Assembly: GCF_016433145.1 (NCBI RefSeq)
Contig: NC_058135.1
Coordinates: 76,240,637 to 76,304,636, forward strand
Direction: 5' to 3'
Source of the DNA: Gracilinanus agilis
Lineage: Eukaryota
Length of the DNA stretch: 64,000 nt
This document shows positions 1-13,161 of this stretch, piece by piece (the first letter of the stretch is position 1; each line of letters starts with the position of its first letter). Both the position numbers and the translations under genes were made by a program. The notes below the pieces were generated by a model that did not search any database, was not told where the DNA came from, and saw only the letters and a program-made list of their open reading frames with translations.

Positions 1-60
<60 letters not shown>

Positions 61-64
61 CATA
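1..64. repeat. Compound microsatellite (TC)10(TA)n
   Basis: Direct reading; cut by window start. Confidence 0.97.
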
Positions 65-149
65 TTTATTTATTTACATATACTTGATTCACATGCATAT
101 ACATAGGCAAAATTTTGTGTGTATGAATATATAGAGATGTGTATATGTA

Positions 150-265
150 TTTCAGAGGTAGTCTCAGGAGGAAGGCACCAATTAACACTGAGGAAACAGG
201 AAAAAAACTTCCTGTAGAAAGTGGGATTTTCGATGAGACTTGAATGAAACCAAGGAAGTCAGGAA
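150..265 (-). mobile_element. L2 LINE fragment
   Basis: ggaaaaaaacttcctgtagaaagtgggattttcgatgagacttgaa resembles the L2 3' region in antisense. Confidence 0.4.
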
Positions 266-859
266 GAAATCCAAAGGTCCCATCCCAGTTTATTTCTCTG
301 AATTTGATTTCAACAGAATGACTGGAATTTGGAGAAATTGTTCCAGAAATGAAAGGAAACCTGAACATAGCTGCCAACCTGCAGTGAGAAAGACAGAGCT
401 GTGTGCTTTCCCTCAGGAGAACAGACTTTTACAAAGTCACTTTGAAAACAAAGTTGCTGAAACCTCTTTTGCTTGCGCCTCCTGAGCCTCATTGGAGGTC
501 TGTGCCCCATTTTTAAGGTAGCCAAGAGCAGTGGACTTTCATGAATACCAACTCTATATAAGTGGAGGGGTGGCAGAAATAGCAAATACATCAAAACTCA
601 AAAATGGTTTGCCCACCCCACCACAACACACACAAAAGGAATGGGACAGGAAGAAATCATATTTCCCTTGACTTAAGATTTCCAATTAAATATTGTGACT
701 CAGGCATGATAATATAAAACTTTGTTTTGATACTCAAAATCATTTTTTTTCAAACTTTCATTTCTTTTTTTTTCTATTTTAAAATCGAGTTAGAAATGAG
801 TTACTTTATCCAACATTCCAATATCCCTCTGACTATTATAATGGGTAGCAAAAAGCTTT

Positions 860-1050
860 ACAAACATTTCTTTGTAACAACTCTGGGAGAGAACTTCTAT
901 TATTCTCACTATTTCATAGGTGAAGAAACTGAGTCATACAGAGGAGAAATGCATTTTCACAGGGTCACAAAGATAAAAAGTACCTAAGGATGAATTTGAA
1001 CTCAGAACTTCCTGACTCTGAATCCCACACTCTCTCCACTGTATTGCCCA
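860..1050 (-). mobile_element. MIR/CORE-SINE
   Basis: Core tttcataggtgaagaaactgagtc...cagggtcaca...tttgaactcagaacttcctgactc. Confidence 0.75.
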
Positions 1051-2641
1051 ATCACTTTTCTTTTTCACTCGGTTGAAGATCAGTTCGAGTTAAATCTAGG
1101 CAATCAGGATATGGATTAACTTGGAGAAACTAAGAGTCTTTGTTTCCTTAAGCAAACTAGAATGTGTAGGAAGGTTTGCCTTAGTCACAGTGTAGTGGAC
1201 TTTATTCTTTTTTTATGATGCAAGTTAAGGACTCATTAAGGACTTTGTGTGGGCGTTTGTGTGTGTGTGTACACATGTGTGTTCCTACACATATACATAT
1301 GTGCACATATAGTTTGGTGCCATAGTTCTACTTTAAATGAAATATTTTAAATTTAAATTAAAATTCTATGTAGAATAAAATTTTGAATAAATTCTTAACT
1401 GTTTCATTAGAATACTTCTAAGCATTAAACCAAGATGATAAAGGACACATTTTAATTATATATAACATTATAGCGATTACATGTTTTAAACATAATTTCA
1501 TCAAAATGGGGCCAGATTGAGTAGGGCACTAAATAGGGTGATGAAATAACCAGAATTCTTACTGTTGAACATTGGAACATTGGATTTCCAATTGGCTTTT
1601 ATCTATTACTGCTAATTTTCCCCACCTTTTTCAATGTATAAGTCATTTTTGCTTCTCTTAAGAGAAGCTTCTTTAAAAAAAAAAGAGTAATGACTAGACT
1701 TAGTATGCAATTCAGATTGCTTCACTGCTAAGCCTTCCTGAAAAAAATCAGCAGAAAAAGATTATTAATAAATGAATTTGGGGGTGAATTGGAAGACCAC
1801 ATAGTCAGTATTTAGTTATGGTAAAAGGGGTATCATGGGAAATTTCTGAATTTCAGGAATCCCAAGCTTCCTGTAGGGATTCTGAGTGGACCCCTTACAG
1901 AGAGGTTATGGAAAGCCATGGACCAGATTGAACAGGGATGAATGGGCAATGATATGTACCACAAAAGGCATTGCCCACATTGAAGAACTCAGTTATTCTT
2001 GAAACAATGCTGTTAAGAAGACTTGTTTTCGCTTTAAAATATGCGCTTTAGCTTTTTACTCCCATTTTATATAGTTCTTTGCATATTGATATATTTACCC
2101 AACACTAATGACTTGTGAGTACTCACAAATTATTTATTATTTTAATAATTTCCCCAAATAATTAAGCCTGGGACATAGAATAATTAAAGCAGGAATGTGG
2201 TACAGGAAGAAGGCAATGACCTGGCTTTCTTCTTTTAGCATATGTGATTGCTCAGATTCATTTTCCAAGACCCAAAGATTTTGGGTTGCCTTCAAAGAAA
2301 AAGACATCTTGGTTCTTCTAATACACATAACTCTATAGGGGTTTCTTTTCTAAGAATTTGAGGGTACAAGTTCATCAAAAGAGGTTAAAAGAAGGCTCTA
2401 ATTAATTTTTAACTCTGAAGCAAAGAGCTGTATAGGGAATCAAACTGCAATTCAGCACCAGACAGACATAGTCAAACTGGTGGCAGAAGACTCTTATCTA
2501 CTAAGTCAGCTGGCTGTTTTATATTCCAAAGAGTTTAGTTATTAGAAGCAAAGTTTCTATATCTTTATAGGAAAGTCATTTACTACTCAGACTCAGGGAA
2601 CTAACAGGTTCTTCTTACAAAGATAATAATAGCAATAACTG

Positions 2642-2812
2642 ACTTACTTCCATCTATGAATTAATACTATGTATGCTTCCAAGGCAGAAGAGCAATAAAG
2701 GCAAGGCAATGGAGATTGAGTGACTTACCCAGCTGGGACGTGTCTGAGGCAATTTGAGCCGCCCATCTCCAAGCCTGGTTCTCTCAATCCACTGAGCCAC
2801 CTACCTGCCCCC
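2642..2812 (-). mobile_element. SINE1_Mdo-type SINE (diverged, internal deletions)
   Basis: ttccaaggcagaagagc...tctcaatccactgagccacctacctgcccc is the reverse complement of the tRNA-derived head and the SINE1 tail. Confidence 0.85.
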
Positions 2813-3329
2813 TGATTTTTAAAATTCTTTTTGAGCTTACCACCACAAAAATTTACATTTTTCTTTATGGCTTTGCATGTGGTTATTGTTGTCCTCTTCT
2901 ATGTTTGTGGTTTTTAAAAACATTTATCAATTTTATTTTTTATTTTTCCATATTTACTATTTTTTCAAATAAAAATATGCCAAGTAGTTATGATAACTTT
3001 ATTCTTATCATCTGGTATTAGTTAATGATAAGTTGAAAAGAATCTAGAAGAACAGTTCCCTGGATAAACCTCTGAAGAAGGAATAGTATGACTTGCTATG
3101 ACTCAAAATCAGAAAGGTTCTGTTAGAAGGAAAGGGTTAGAGAAGTAGATTAAGCTACGTAACAATGACTTTTTAAATAAAAATATACATTTTTAATGTA
3201 GTTCAATATAAAAAAAGAGTGTGTATTTGGGATAGAAAATATAGACAGACTGTAAGCTAATTTTATATTTGAAAAGAGAGCAAATTGTTTTTTCAGGAAG
3301 TTCTTTTTTTCTTTTTTTTAAAATATGTT

Positions 3330-3900
3330 GATACAATTTTTAATTTATATTTTCTGATTAAGTTTTTTTTATCTTCTCTGTCACTATAGTAATTTTCAAT
3401 GGTCAGATTTTTTTCCTGTTTTTGTTATTTCTGTTTGCTCATTTTTGCCATCTATTTCTTGACTTTTAATGTGTTAAAGTTGAGCTATACTCTTGGGCTA
3501 GAGGAGGCACTGTCTCAAGCTTCAGGTTTTTGGTACTATTGTTTTCAGTGCTAATCCTGGAGACCTTTACTTTTCAGTTTTTTCTAAAGTGGTAGATGTG
3601 TGATCACTTATTTCCTAGTCTGTGTTCTGGTCTATGAACAACCATAAACTCTCTTTTCCACCCTGGAACTATAACAAAAGTCCCCTATTCCTGCAGCAGT
3701 GAACTCTGATATACTAGTATACCTTTTCACCCTGAGACCATGACCCAGGACTATGACCTGGATCCCTATATGGATAGTGCATAGTTGTACAGCTAGTACC
3801 AATAAGGATCCAAATAATTTCCTTCTGACCAGTTGTCTAATCTCCTTATAATCCATGGACTGAGAGCTCTAGAGGGCACCACCACTGATTCAGGGACCTG
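3330..3900 (-). mobile_element. Old marsupial L1 fragment (5'UTR/ORF1-start region)
   Basis: 3370-3560 is homologous to 9260-9440 (gtcactatagta...gctcattt...tttcttgac...tgttttcagtgcta), which carries an L1 ORF1-like start. Confidence 0.55.
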
Positions 3901-4244
3901 TTATTCTAACTTCTTTGCAATTTTTCATTAATGCCAGATGATAAGAATAAAGGTATTATATCTATTTGATATATTTTAATTTGAAAAATAATAAATATTC
4001 AGGCCTCTTATGACTTTCCAGAATCTAGCCTTTTAGGAGTACTGCCTGTACTGGATTGTGTTCCACTTTCACCCCAGTGAGACAGGCCTTTCATCTTGAC
4101 CTTCTAAATTGTCTTGGGAAGGAAAATGGTTTCCCTCTCTCCATTTTTTAGTGCTGCTGCTCCAGAATTCATTTTTAGGAGTTATTTTAAAGTTTTTTTT
4201 GAGGGAAATTTTTGTAAGAACTCAGGGAAGTTCTGCTTTTATGC

Positions 4245-4420
4245 TTTGCCATCTTAGCTGTACCCCTCAGTGCTATTATTGTCTTTATTTTATAAATGAA
4301 GAAACTGAGACAATCAAAGGTTAAGTGACTTGCTCAGGATTACATAGGTAGTAAGTGCCTGAGGTGAGACTTGGACTCAAGTCTTCTGACTCTAGGGCAA
4401 AAACTCTGTATATTAGTTGT
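4245..4420 (-). mobile_element. MIR/CORE-SINE
   Basis: ttttataaatgaagaaactgagacaatcaaaggttaagtgacttgctcagg...gactcaagtcttctgactc. Confidence 0.8.
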
Positions 4421-4699
4421 CAAAGAAAAGGTTGTTGAGGATTTTTCCCTGATGGAAGTGACCTCTCTCCTTTACTAAAACAACTGAAGCTTATACCTGT
4501 AGCAACTTTCTCAGGGGTCCTACATGCCAGGGAAAGGATGACCCAGGTGTTACATATATAGTGTTCAGTGTGTCACTTTTGCATTTTTAATTGAGAAATA
4601 TTAAGCGGTGGTGGGGGGCAAGGAAGGAGAGAAATTGCTTAAGCAAACACACATTTTAGCAATAAAAATGACTGTCCCATTGTGTACATTGAATGAGGT

Positions 4700-5170
4700 C
4701 TACTCTACCTATCACCTTGATTTCCTGAATGATTATAGGCAAATTACATCTGTCACTTGTGGACTTCAGAGGGTTCTTTTTCCTATTAACCTTGGTTAAT
4801 TCACTTTGGAATCTAATTGCCTCCTAGGGCGATTATGAAGATTAATTAAGCAATGTCAGTAAAGTGCTCTGAGCAGACTAGAGCAAAATGTTCTATAAAT
4901 CAAAAATTTCATTAGAAAAAAGAAAGTTTTGTTTGTTTTAAGAGTTTCTCAACCTGAGAATAACATTTTTCCTTCTGCTAATGGGACCTCTCTGTATTCA
5001 GGCCAAGGGCAAGCTTGATGGAGTGGAAGGAACATCAGACTGACAGCCAGGCTCCCTGGGTCCTAGCTCCAATTTGGCAAAGTCATTTAAATTCTTGAGG
5101 CCTCAGTTTTCTTATTTTAAAAATCAAAGGGTTGGACTGAAGGATCTTGAAGGTCCCTCACCACTGTAGA
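4700..5170 (+). mobile_element. Two MIR fragments (about 4700-4900 and 5010-5170)
   Basis: ggcaaattacatctg...tatgaagattaattaag...aaagtgctctg; and ggcaaagtcatttaaattcttgaggcctcagttttctt...ggttggactgaaggatcttgaaggtccc. Confidence 0.7.
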
Positions 5171-8069
5171 ATTGTTTTAAAATATTTCTCCTAACTTCTA
5201 TCCATTTACCTCCCTTGGTTTTCTACCACTACAGCTTTTCAAACACTAGAGAGAATTTTTTTCAACTGTTATCCAATAAAAGAGTAAAGAATACACACAT
5301 ACACACCTCTATGTATAAAGGAGGACAATTGTAATACCACAATAGATTATTTTGGGCCATTCTTTGACTTCATTGCTTTAGGGTGTTATTGATGAGGCAG
5401 CGTCCTCTATCAATGTCTATTGGCACATACTTTGTAATTTATAGCCTTTGAGAGGTGATTAGGATATAATGAGGTTAAATGACTTGAGCAGGGTGATACA
5501 GCTAATATGGCTCAGAGGTAGAACCTGATGGTCTCAGAGAACAACTTTTTTGGCCACTATAAGTAGACATAATCACAGATTTCCCAAATGTTGGAACTTT
5601 TAATATTTTGGACATTCTGTTAAAAGAAAAATCAGATTTTTGTGTTAAACAAGTAATATCATATATATGTAAACATATGTGTGTGTATGTATGAATATCC
5701 CCTATGTCTGGAGTATTTAATTGATTTTCAGAAAAAGTTCGTATGAATATTTGAGTATTCAGCAGGGGGTGTGAAGATAGATGACAGTAAGGTCACCTGC
5801 ACTACTGGTGGTATTTTATTAGGACCTTTTTCTTCTTTGCCACTCTTGATGTCTGAATAAAATCTTTTCGCTAGTTATTTCAGTTTCCATTGAATTTTAT
5901 GAGTCTTTGTGTAGGAGCATCATGTACTCTGTACCATTCATCCTTCTCTACATTACTTTAAAGAGATCTACAGCTGGTTTTAAGTGAAAATGTCTTCAGA
6001 AAAACTATTTTCAGTTTAATAAAGAGAACCTCCACCCACTCTTTTCCCCCTCCTTTCCTCCTAACTGTTTTGAATCTAGGGACTTTTGTCACATTTAGCT
6101 AGTTTCTAGTCTGACAGATGCTATGAGATTGCTCACTTTGGACAGAAAGCTCTGTGTGTGTTCTAATACATTAGATTAGATCTTGTAAGGAGAGGCCTGG
6201 AGTTATCTTACTGACTCTAATTCCCAGCTGGCATTTGGACTTTAAGTAAAAAAAAAAAAAAAACAAAGCCAAACATTTATAGCTTGAAATGAAACTTGTC
6301 AAAAGAGATGGAATTATGTTTCTCATTTTCTGGATTCAGTTTGTCTCCGTTCCTGATTGAGAGATATATCTTAGTATTTCACACTCTTCATTCTCCTTTA
6401 TGTCTACTGTCTTTTTCTTTTAGCCTAGAGCAAAAAACAACTGAGTATGCAGAATACAATGCTGTAATCGGTAATAATAAATGTACCTACCTCTTTTAAA
6501 AAGTGAAAACAGAATGAAGGGTGTTTTCTCTAGGGAAAAAGGAAAGAGAGAGAGCAACAGTCATCTACCTAGAAAGAAACCTTAATTTTTCTTGCCCTCT
6601 GGCAATAATTGTCTTTTTACTGTTCTAAAAGTGAAAATTGTTGAGTTGGCTATTTATATTTGCATCAGCTCAGCAAAATTCTCTTCTTTGGTTCATATTA
6701 TATAACTGACTATGGAGTGAGTTCGGGCAGCTTGTGATTTTTGGTAGACATGCAGGTTTGAATACAGCTATGGCCTAACCCCAGTGACCTTCTTGGATAT
6801 TTCAGTCTGAGGGAACATTCTTCTGTTTAGAGTCCCTTCCCCAAGTGGAGACAACATCAATTCAAGAACTATGTACAAAGAAATGACAATTTAATGAGAC
6901 ACCTGTTTTAAAAAGAGATAGAGAAACATAGAATGTTTAACTTCACTTTTTTAAGTAAGAAGAACACAAGACTTAAAACCTTATTCAGTTAATATAACAA
7001 ATTACCAAAATATGGGGATAGGATTTTTCCTTTTTATGGTCAGTTAAAAGAGGAAAGAAGGGAAGGGGCAGATGAGGAAAAGAGAAGTGCAGGAAAAGAA
7101 TTAGACATAGAAACATGAAGGAGAAGAAAGAAGAGAAAGAAAGAATGCTGCAGGAGGAAAGAGATGGAGCCAAAACGGAAGAGAAATGAGCCATTTCTGA
7201 GCTGTGCACATTAATCAGGCTGAACTAATTTTGTCACCTTTACTGTTTCCTTGGTTTGTGATCATCAGAGTAAGTTATATTTGATATCTTTCCAGGGATT
7301 AAAAATAAGGTAGCAGACAGATACAATTTTTGTTCTGGAGGGTTCTTCACTATAGACTTAGAATCTTGACGTGTTTCATGGAATTATGTAATATTTGATT
7401 AGGAAGAGACTTTTAGTAATCAACCAGTACAAACCATTTGTTTTAATGTTAAAGGATATTGAGGTCCATTGATTTGCCAAAGGCTACATTTAATTAATCT
7501 CAGTGCTGGGCAAGACCACAAGTCTCCCAAGACTGAGTACAATGTTCATTTCACAGGACCACACAACCACCAACTGAGCAGGAATAATGCTTTAAATTGG
7601 GGAAGGATTAAGTCATATGCCTCTTTATACTTCAAGCAGACTGGCCAATTAACCATCTGTGCCTTTAGAGAAACACTCCCACTTCCTAGTTGTCTCACTT
7701 TAAACACTGATCAGCAGCCTCCTGGAAGAACATTTACCAATTAATACAACTTTTCTTAATTTAAGGTTGTAATGAAACCTTAAATTTCTCACTTAAGCCC
7801 ATCATAAATAGTGAAAACAGAGCTCTTCTTCCCTCATTCCTTCCCCTTCTCCCCCCTCACCCCCCAACCAGTAGCTTTCCCATAAAGATAAGAAGTTATT
7901 TATAGCTTGAACTCTGCCACTTTGGTAGAATTTTAGCAAGTCAATAGAATGTAAAGAACATTAAAATAGGAGTCCAAAGATCCTTGCTTTGACCTAGTCA
8001 CTTAGTTCAGCAACCTTGAACAAGTCTCTAACCTCCCTAGGCTTCAATTTATTCATTTGTAGTCATACA

Positions 8070-9570
8070 AAACATTGTCATATTAGCCACATCACCAAAA
8101 AAACACAAAAGAAAAGATTTTTTAAAACTTCAGTCTGCATTCAGAGTTCACCAGTTTTCTCTCTGGAGTTTTCATGATTCCTTTGGAATTGTTTTGAATC
8201 ACTGTCTTGATCAGAGTATCAAGATCAGAGCTAAATCTTTTACAGTTGATTATTCTTACAAAATTGTTGTCACTCTGCATACTGTTCTTTTACTTTTGCT
8301 CACTTTGCATGAGTTCATATAAATTTTCCCAGGTTTCTTTGAAACTATCCTGTTCATCATTTCTTACAGCACAATAGTATTCATCCCAGTCCTTTACCAC
8401 AACTTGTTCAGCCATCCTTCAATTGATGGTTGTCCCCTTAATTTATAATTCTTTGCCATCACAAAAAAGTTACTTTTAATATTTTTGTAAAAATGGTTCC
8501 TTTCCCTTTTTCTTTGTTCTCTTTGCAATGTAGACCTAGTAGTGGTATTGTTAGGTCAAGTGATATGCACATTTTTAGTCATTTGGGCATAGTTCCAAAT
8601 TCTTCTCTTAGTTCCTAATTTAACCAACATTGCATTTGTGTCCCAGTTTTTCCACATCCTCTCTAGCTTTTGCCATTTACCTTTGTTATATCAGTTAATC
8701 TGATAGGTGTGAAATGGTGTTCCATAGTTGTTTTAATTTGCATTGCTTTAATCAGTAATGATTAAGAGCACTTTTTCATGTGATTATTAGTAAACTTAAT
8801 TTCTTTGTCTGAAAATTGCCTGTTTATATCATTTTTTATTTTAACCATTTTTCAATTGAGAAATTTTTTTTAATTTTTATAAGTTGGCTTAGTTTTCTAT
8901 ATAATTGAGAAATGAGGGTTTTATCAGAACAACTTGATACAAAAGTTTCCCCAACATTTCCTGTTTTCCTTTTAATTTTGGCTTCCTTAGTTTTGTACAA
9001 AAGTTTTTTAATGTACTATAATCAGAATTATCCATTTTACTTCCTATAATCTCTTCTATCTCTTGTTTGGTTGTGAATTCTTCACTTATCCATAGACTGA
9101 CAGATACATTTTTCCATGCTCCTCTGACTTACTTAAGATATCCTTCTTTATGTCTAAAATGATTGTTTTATTCATTTTGACCTTATCTGGTATACATTTT
9201 CTTTAAGGCTTTTCTTATACTTGTTTTGACTTCAATGTCTTTTGAGTTTGAGTCCTGAGCTTCCCTGTCACCATAGTAGTTTTTATGGTGAGGTTCTTTT
9301 TTTGTTATTTGTTCATTTCCTATACTTTTTCTTGATTTGAAACTTTTTGTTAATATTGGACTATGTTCCTGGCATTGGTATATGGCCAGCAGAGGGGCTC
9401 TCTCTTAAGTTTAATGCTTTTTCACCCTGCTGTTTTCAGAGCTAGTTCTGAGCATTTGGAACTTTAGTGCTTCTCAGGTGGTGTGATCAAGGGAGGAATG
9501 TGGACACTGCTCTCTTGATCTGATCTCTAATTCTCATCCAGGAAGGACCCCTGATCCTTTGGGATTGTGA
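8070..9570 (-). mobile_element. L1 fragment: 3'UTR + ORF2 C-terminus joined to ORF1 start + 5'UTR (internally deleted)
   Basis: Antisense L1 motifs: ccacaacttgttcagccat, gggcatagttccaaatt, ttaatttgcatt, ttcattttgaccttatc. Minus strand of 9230-9315 reads degraded M-N-K-*-Q-K-K-N-L-T-I..Y-Y-G-D-R-E-A-Q-D-S-N-S, an L1 ORF1-like N-terminus. Confidence 0.8.
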
Positions 9571-10658
9571 ACAAAACATTTAAAGTATAAAATGTGACAA
9601 TGTAAGCAAAACCATTTTGTAAAAAGGAAATTACTATGTAGACATAAACTATTATTATAAAGCAAAGATTCAAATACATTTAAAAATGTTTTTGCAGCAC
9701 TTATACAAATGGATCAAGGTTTCATTGCTTAAGCTTATTAATGTCAAGTGATCAAATTTAAAAAAAAATACTACTTTTCCATGGTTACCTAGTGTATATA
9801 GGGGAGTCCAGTTATTCTCAGAAACTCCTAGATAGTGATATGACAAATTCCTAACTTCTCCATGGTATCTGAATACTTCTGTATTTAAGAGCACAACAGA
9901 TTTTTTTCAATATAAAATTTGCAACCTAAACAGGACAGAAGGAAGTGTTACATAACTCTGAATATAATGTAGCATTTTATTGGTGCAGAAGTTTTTTTTG
10001 TTTTTTTTTTTTGGTTTTGGATATTTCACTTTGTAATAGAAAAGTCATCGGAACAAATTCCACACACAGTTTTTTCACCAAAAAAAAAATTGAAGAAGCA
10101 ATTGACTTAAGGGTAACCAAAGGAAGAAAAGGAAAAGAAATCTTCAGAATAGTCATTAAAGAGTAATCACAAAATTCTTCAACAATGACTGACAGTAACA
10201 ATCCCAAAGATAAAATAGGATCCCCACCAGAAGAGAAATTATTTGTGTATGTGCCTGTATGTGGCATAAATGCATACATTGAATGTGTACAAAGGCAAAA
10301 TACAAAGTGCTTAAATGAAAGCATTAAAATAGCTTCTTGTTTCTTCACAGTAATTTGAAAAAAGTGTCAAGTCAATACTGAACTTTCATATCTCAGAATC
10401 ATTAATCAAACAAAAGTCGATATGTTTGAAAATTCAAACTAGCATTTTCATTATCACAAATAATTTTCATTATTCTCAAAATTAATATGATCCACCTTCA
10501 TGAAGCTAAATGTTCTTGAATTTTAAAGTGCTATAGATTTAGAAATATTGGGGATATTTATGTTTTGTTTATTTACTTTCTTATTTGTGTCTTATTTGGT
10601 TTTAAACAATAGCAAACTCTGTTTATCTATGTTATAGGGGTCAAAGTAGGCAATTACC

Positions 10659-10790
10659 CCTGGAGTACACTAGAGCCAGCTCTAACTGACTCAGTAGAAC
10701 TGATCTTTAAATTTTAATTGGAACATTTATCCCTCAGAGTTTAGAAAATGCTTCCAATGATGGCTTGATTTATTGCTTTATTGATTGCTA
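10659..10790 (+). mobile_element. hAT-Blackjack (MER63-like) DNA transposon remnant
   Basis: tggagtacactagagccagctctaactgactcagtagaactgatctttaaatttt resembles the recalled MER63 left end (tgctggagccggctc...gagagccgattgttaaatttt). No right TIR found. Confidence 0.45.
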
Positions 10791-12369
10791 AAGCTTAAAA
10801 GTGACATAGAAGAGGCTTTAGGTAACTCTGTGGTTAGAGAGCCAGCAGAAAGTCCTGGGTCAAATCTGGCTTCAGGCACTTTTGAGCTGTTGTCTATCCC
10901 TTACTGTTTTTCTACTTTGGAATCAGTACTTAAGTAGCAATTCTAAGAGAGTCAGTAAGAGTTAAAAAAAAGAAAGTGATGAAGAAAATGTTAATGCAGA
11001 CTAAACTTAAAATTGGATTGTATGCACATTTTTAATGAAGAGAAAAAAGAGCTGAGTGTTAAACATTTACCAGTACTTGCCTGATTTAAATGACTAACAA
11101 GATGCTGAGAACACAGTTGTTCACTACATGTAAACATGATCTGAACATCTTCCTAGTTGTGGCAGGAAATCAGTACCCAAAAGATTTGCGTATCTACCAA
11201 TAGGAAGGAGAGAAAACCAACCTTGAAAAAGAATTAGAGAGGAAAGCGCCTTGATCTTGGGCTAAGACCAGAGCAGCACTTTATAAACATTAGAAATTCA
11301 GACATTTTTTTACTTTACATTTTCCCATCAGCTTCCTAGTTTCTGAATAGCTGAGTCCATCATAAGCCAAAATAGACTGAACCCAGTGGGGAAAACATTC
11401 AAAATTCCACAAAGAATCCAGTAGAAAAGTTACAGTAGACCTAAAAAGAACTTCTTGAGAACTCCCCAAAAAGGAGTTCCAAGAGCTATGAATTATCTCT
11501 TTTTTTCATGTGAGTTCTAATTATGAGATCATTTCCTCTTTGATTCTATGTGTACATATGGGATGTTGTCATAAACTTTTGGAGTAAGATTAATAGAAAC
11601 TATGCTAACTGTATTACCCTCTCTGAGAGATCCATGTTATGCTGACTCATTGATAATAATTAATTAGTGTAGTAGAAAGCATACCTTTCAGAGCTCTTGA
11701 GCTATAACATTAAAAAATGGCATGGCAGTTGATTAGCCATCAGCACCTACAAGGAGAGTGTCAAATAGAGGCCAAGATTTGTGGTTAAATGACCTGGATA
11801 TAAGATCTATCCATAATTTCATAGCTGTTTATCCTACTGCAAACAATTTTTTAAAATGAATATTGAATCTGTGTCAACACCTGTCTAAATAATGCCTTTT
11901 ATTTTAATCAGTATTTCCTATATGCCATGTTAAAATAGATATAAAGTTGTTCCTCTTAATTTTTGATTGTTCCTTTTCTTTCTTGACTCTCTAATGGATG
12001 AAAATGAATTTAAATGGTGCTTAAAGTTCTTCCTTGTAAAGGGCAGGCAGCCATTCAGGTGGAGCTCTTAACACTTAGTCATTTTGGAGCTGGACCAGTT
12101 TGAAAATCCTATAAATCCTAAATCAACTTTTTAACTGATATTGTATTTAGCTGAGATAAATTATTCTAGATAAAGAATATGTATTCATTTCCTTTTGCAA
12201 GAATCTTTTTAGAATGGTATCTAAAAAGATGAATTAAAGATGTTGCTCCCTCCATAATTCTTGCAAATATTTGACCTATATAACAGTGTTTTTATTTCAT
12301 TTTTTAAATTATTTTTATGGTATTCTTTGCAAATTCAAAATCAAAAGGACTACAATTACAACATTGTTG

Positions 12370-12510
12370 CTTGCTGGAAAAAATGCTAGATTTGGAAATG
12401 GGTTCATACATGCCAGCTTTGTCAGTATGATGTGACTTGGTCTCTATAGGTAAAATAAGGAGACTGGACTTACTGATTTCCGAGGTCCTTTTAGCTCTAA
12501 AAGGTATGAT
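12370..12510 (+). mobile_element. MIR/CORE-SINE fragment
   Basis: gtgacttgg...taaaataaggagactggacttactgatttccgaggtccttttagctctaaa. Confidence 0.7.
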
Positions 12511-12528
12511 TTGAAATTAAAGTAGTCT

Positions 12529-12755
12529 GGGGGAAAGCCAGGTAGATTGAAAGACACTCCTAGAGAAGGGAGGTGCTGGTTTCAAATCTAATCTTAGACA
12601 CTTCTAGCTGGTGACCCTGGGCAAGTCAATTAAACCACTCCTATTCCTCTGCCTTAGAATCAATACATGGTTTTGATTCTAAGATGGAAAGCAAGGAAAG
12701 ATGAAACCAATATACAGTGTCGATTCTAAGATGGAAAGTAAGGGTTTAAAAAAAA
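12529..12755 (+). mobile_element. SINE1_Mdo-type SINE with duplicated 3' terminus
   Basis: Head/core (ggtttcaaatct...gtgaccctgggcaagtca), then two copies of the tail; gattctaagatggaaag at 12675-12691 and 12722-12738; ends gtaagggtttaaaaaaaa. Confidence 0.85.
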
Positions 12756-13161
12756 TCAAAGAAATCTGGAAAAAATGTTACATCAGCAAAGTTAAGGTCT
12801 TGAATTTCCCTAATTCCTTTGTTCAACTCTGAAAGTAAACAGTGCAGTTTTAGAAAAGCAAAGTGAAATAAAAAATAGTAGTATTTAGTGAAACCATGTC
12901 TTACTGATTAAGGAAAAAATAAGTCAAGGAGTCTCAAAATGTCAGATTATTATGTATATTGAAGAATGTACTGGTTTTTAAAATATTTGGGAAGCCTTGG
13001 TGTGGAAAACTCCCTGTTCTGCTATAGATTAGGTAAATGATTGCTTTGTGTTGTTTATAAAGGTCTTTCCAGATTTCTCTATGTTCCTAATATTTGTTAG
13101 TTTTATGCTATTTTATTACAACAATACTTGATGATTTATTTAACTATTCCCTTATTATTAC

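Noticed and set aside
66-594. Three overlapping 81-103 aa ORFs at the window start
   Set aside because: They overlap simple-repeat and L2-like sequence; no splice or homology support.
9570-10348. AU-rich 3'UTR-like stretch and 123-aa minus-strand ORF as a possible retrocopy
   Set aside because: The T-tract is on the wrong side of the AATAAA for a retrocopy tail; no TSD and no recognisable protein were found.
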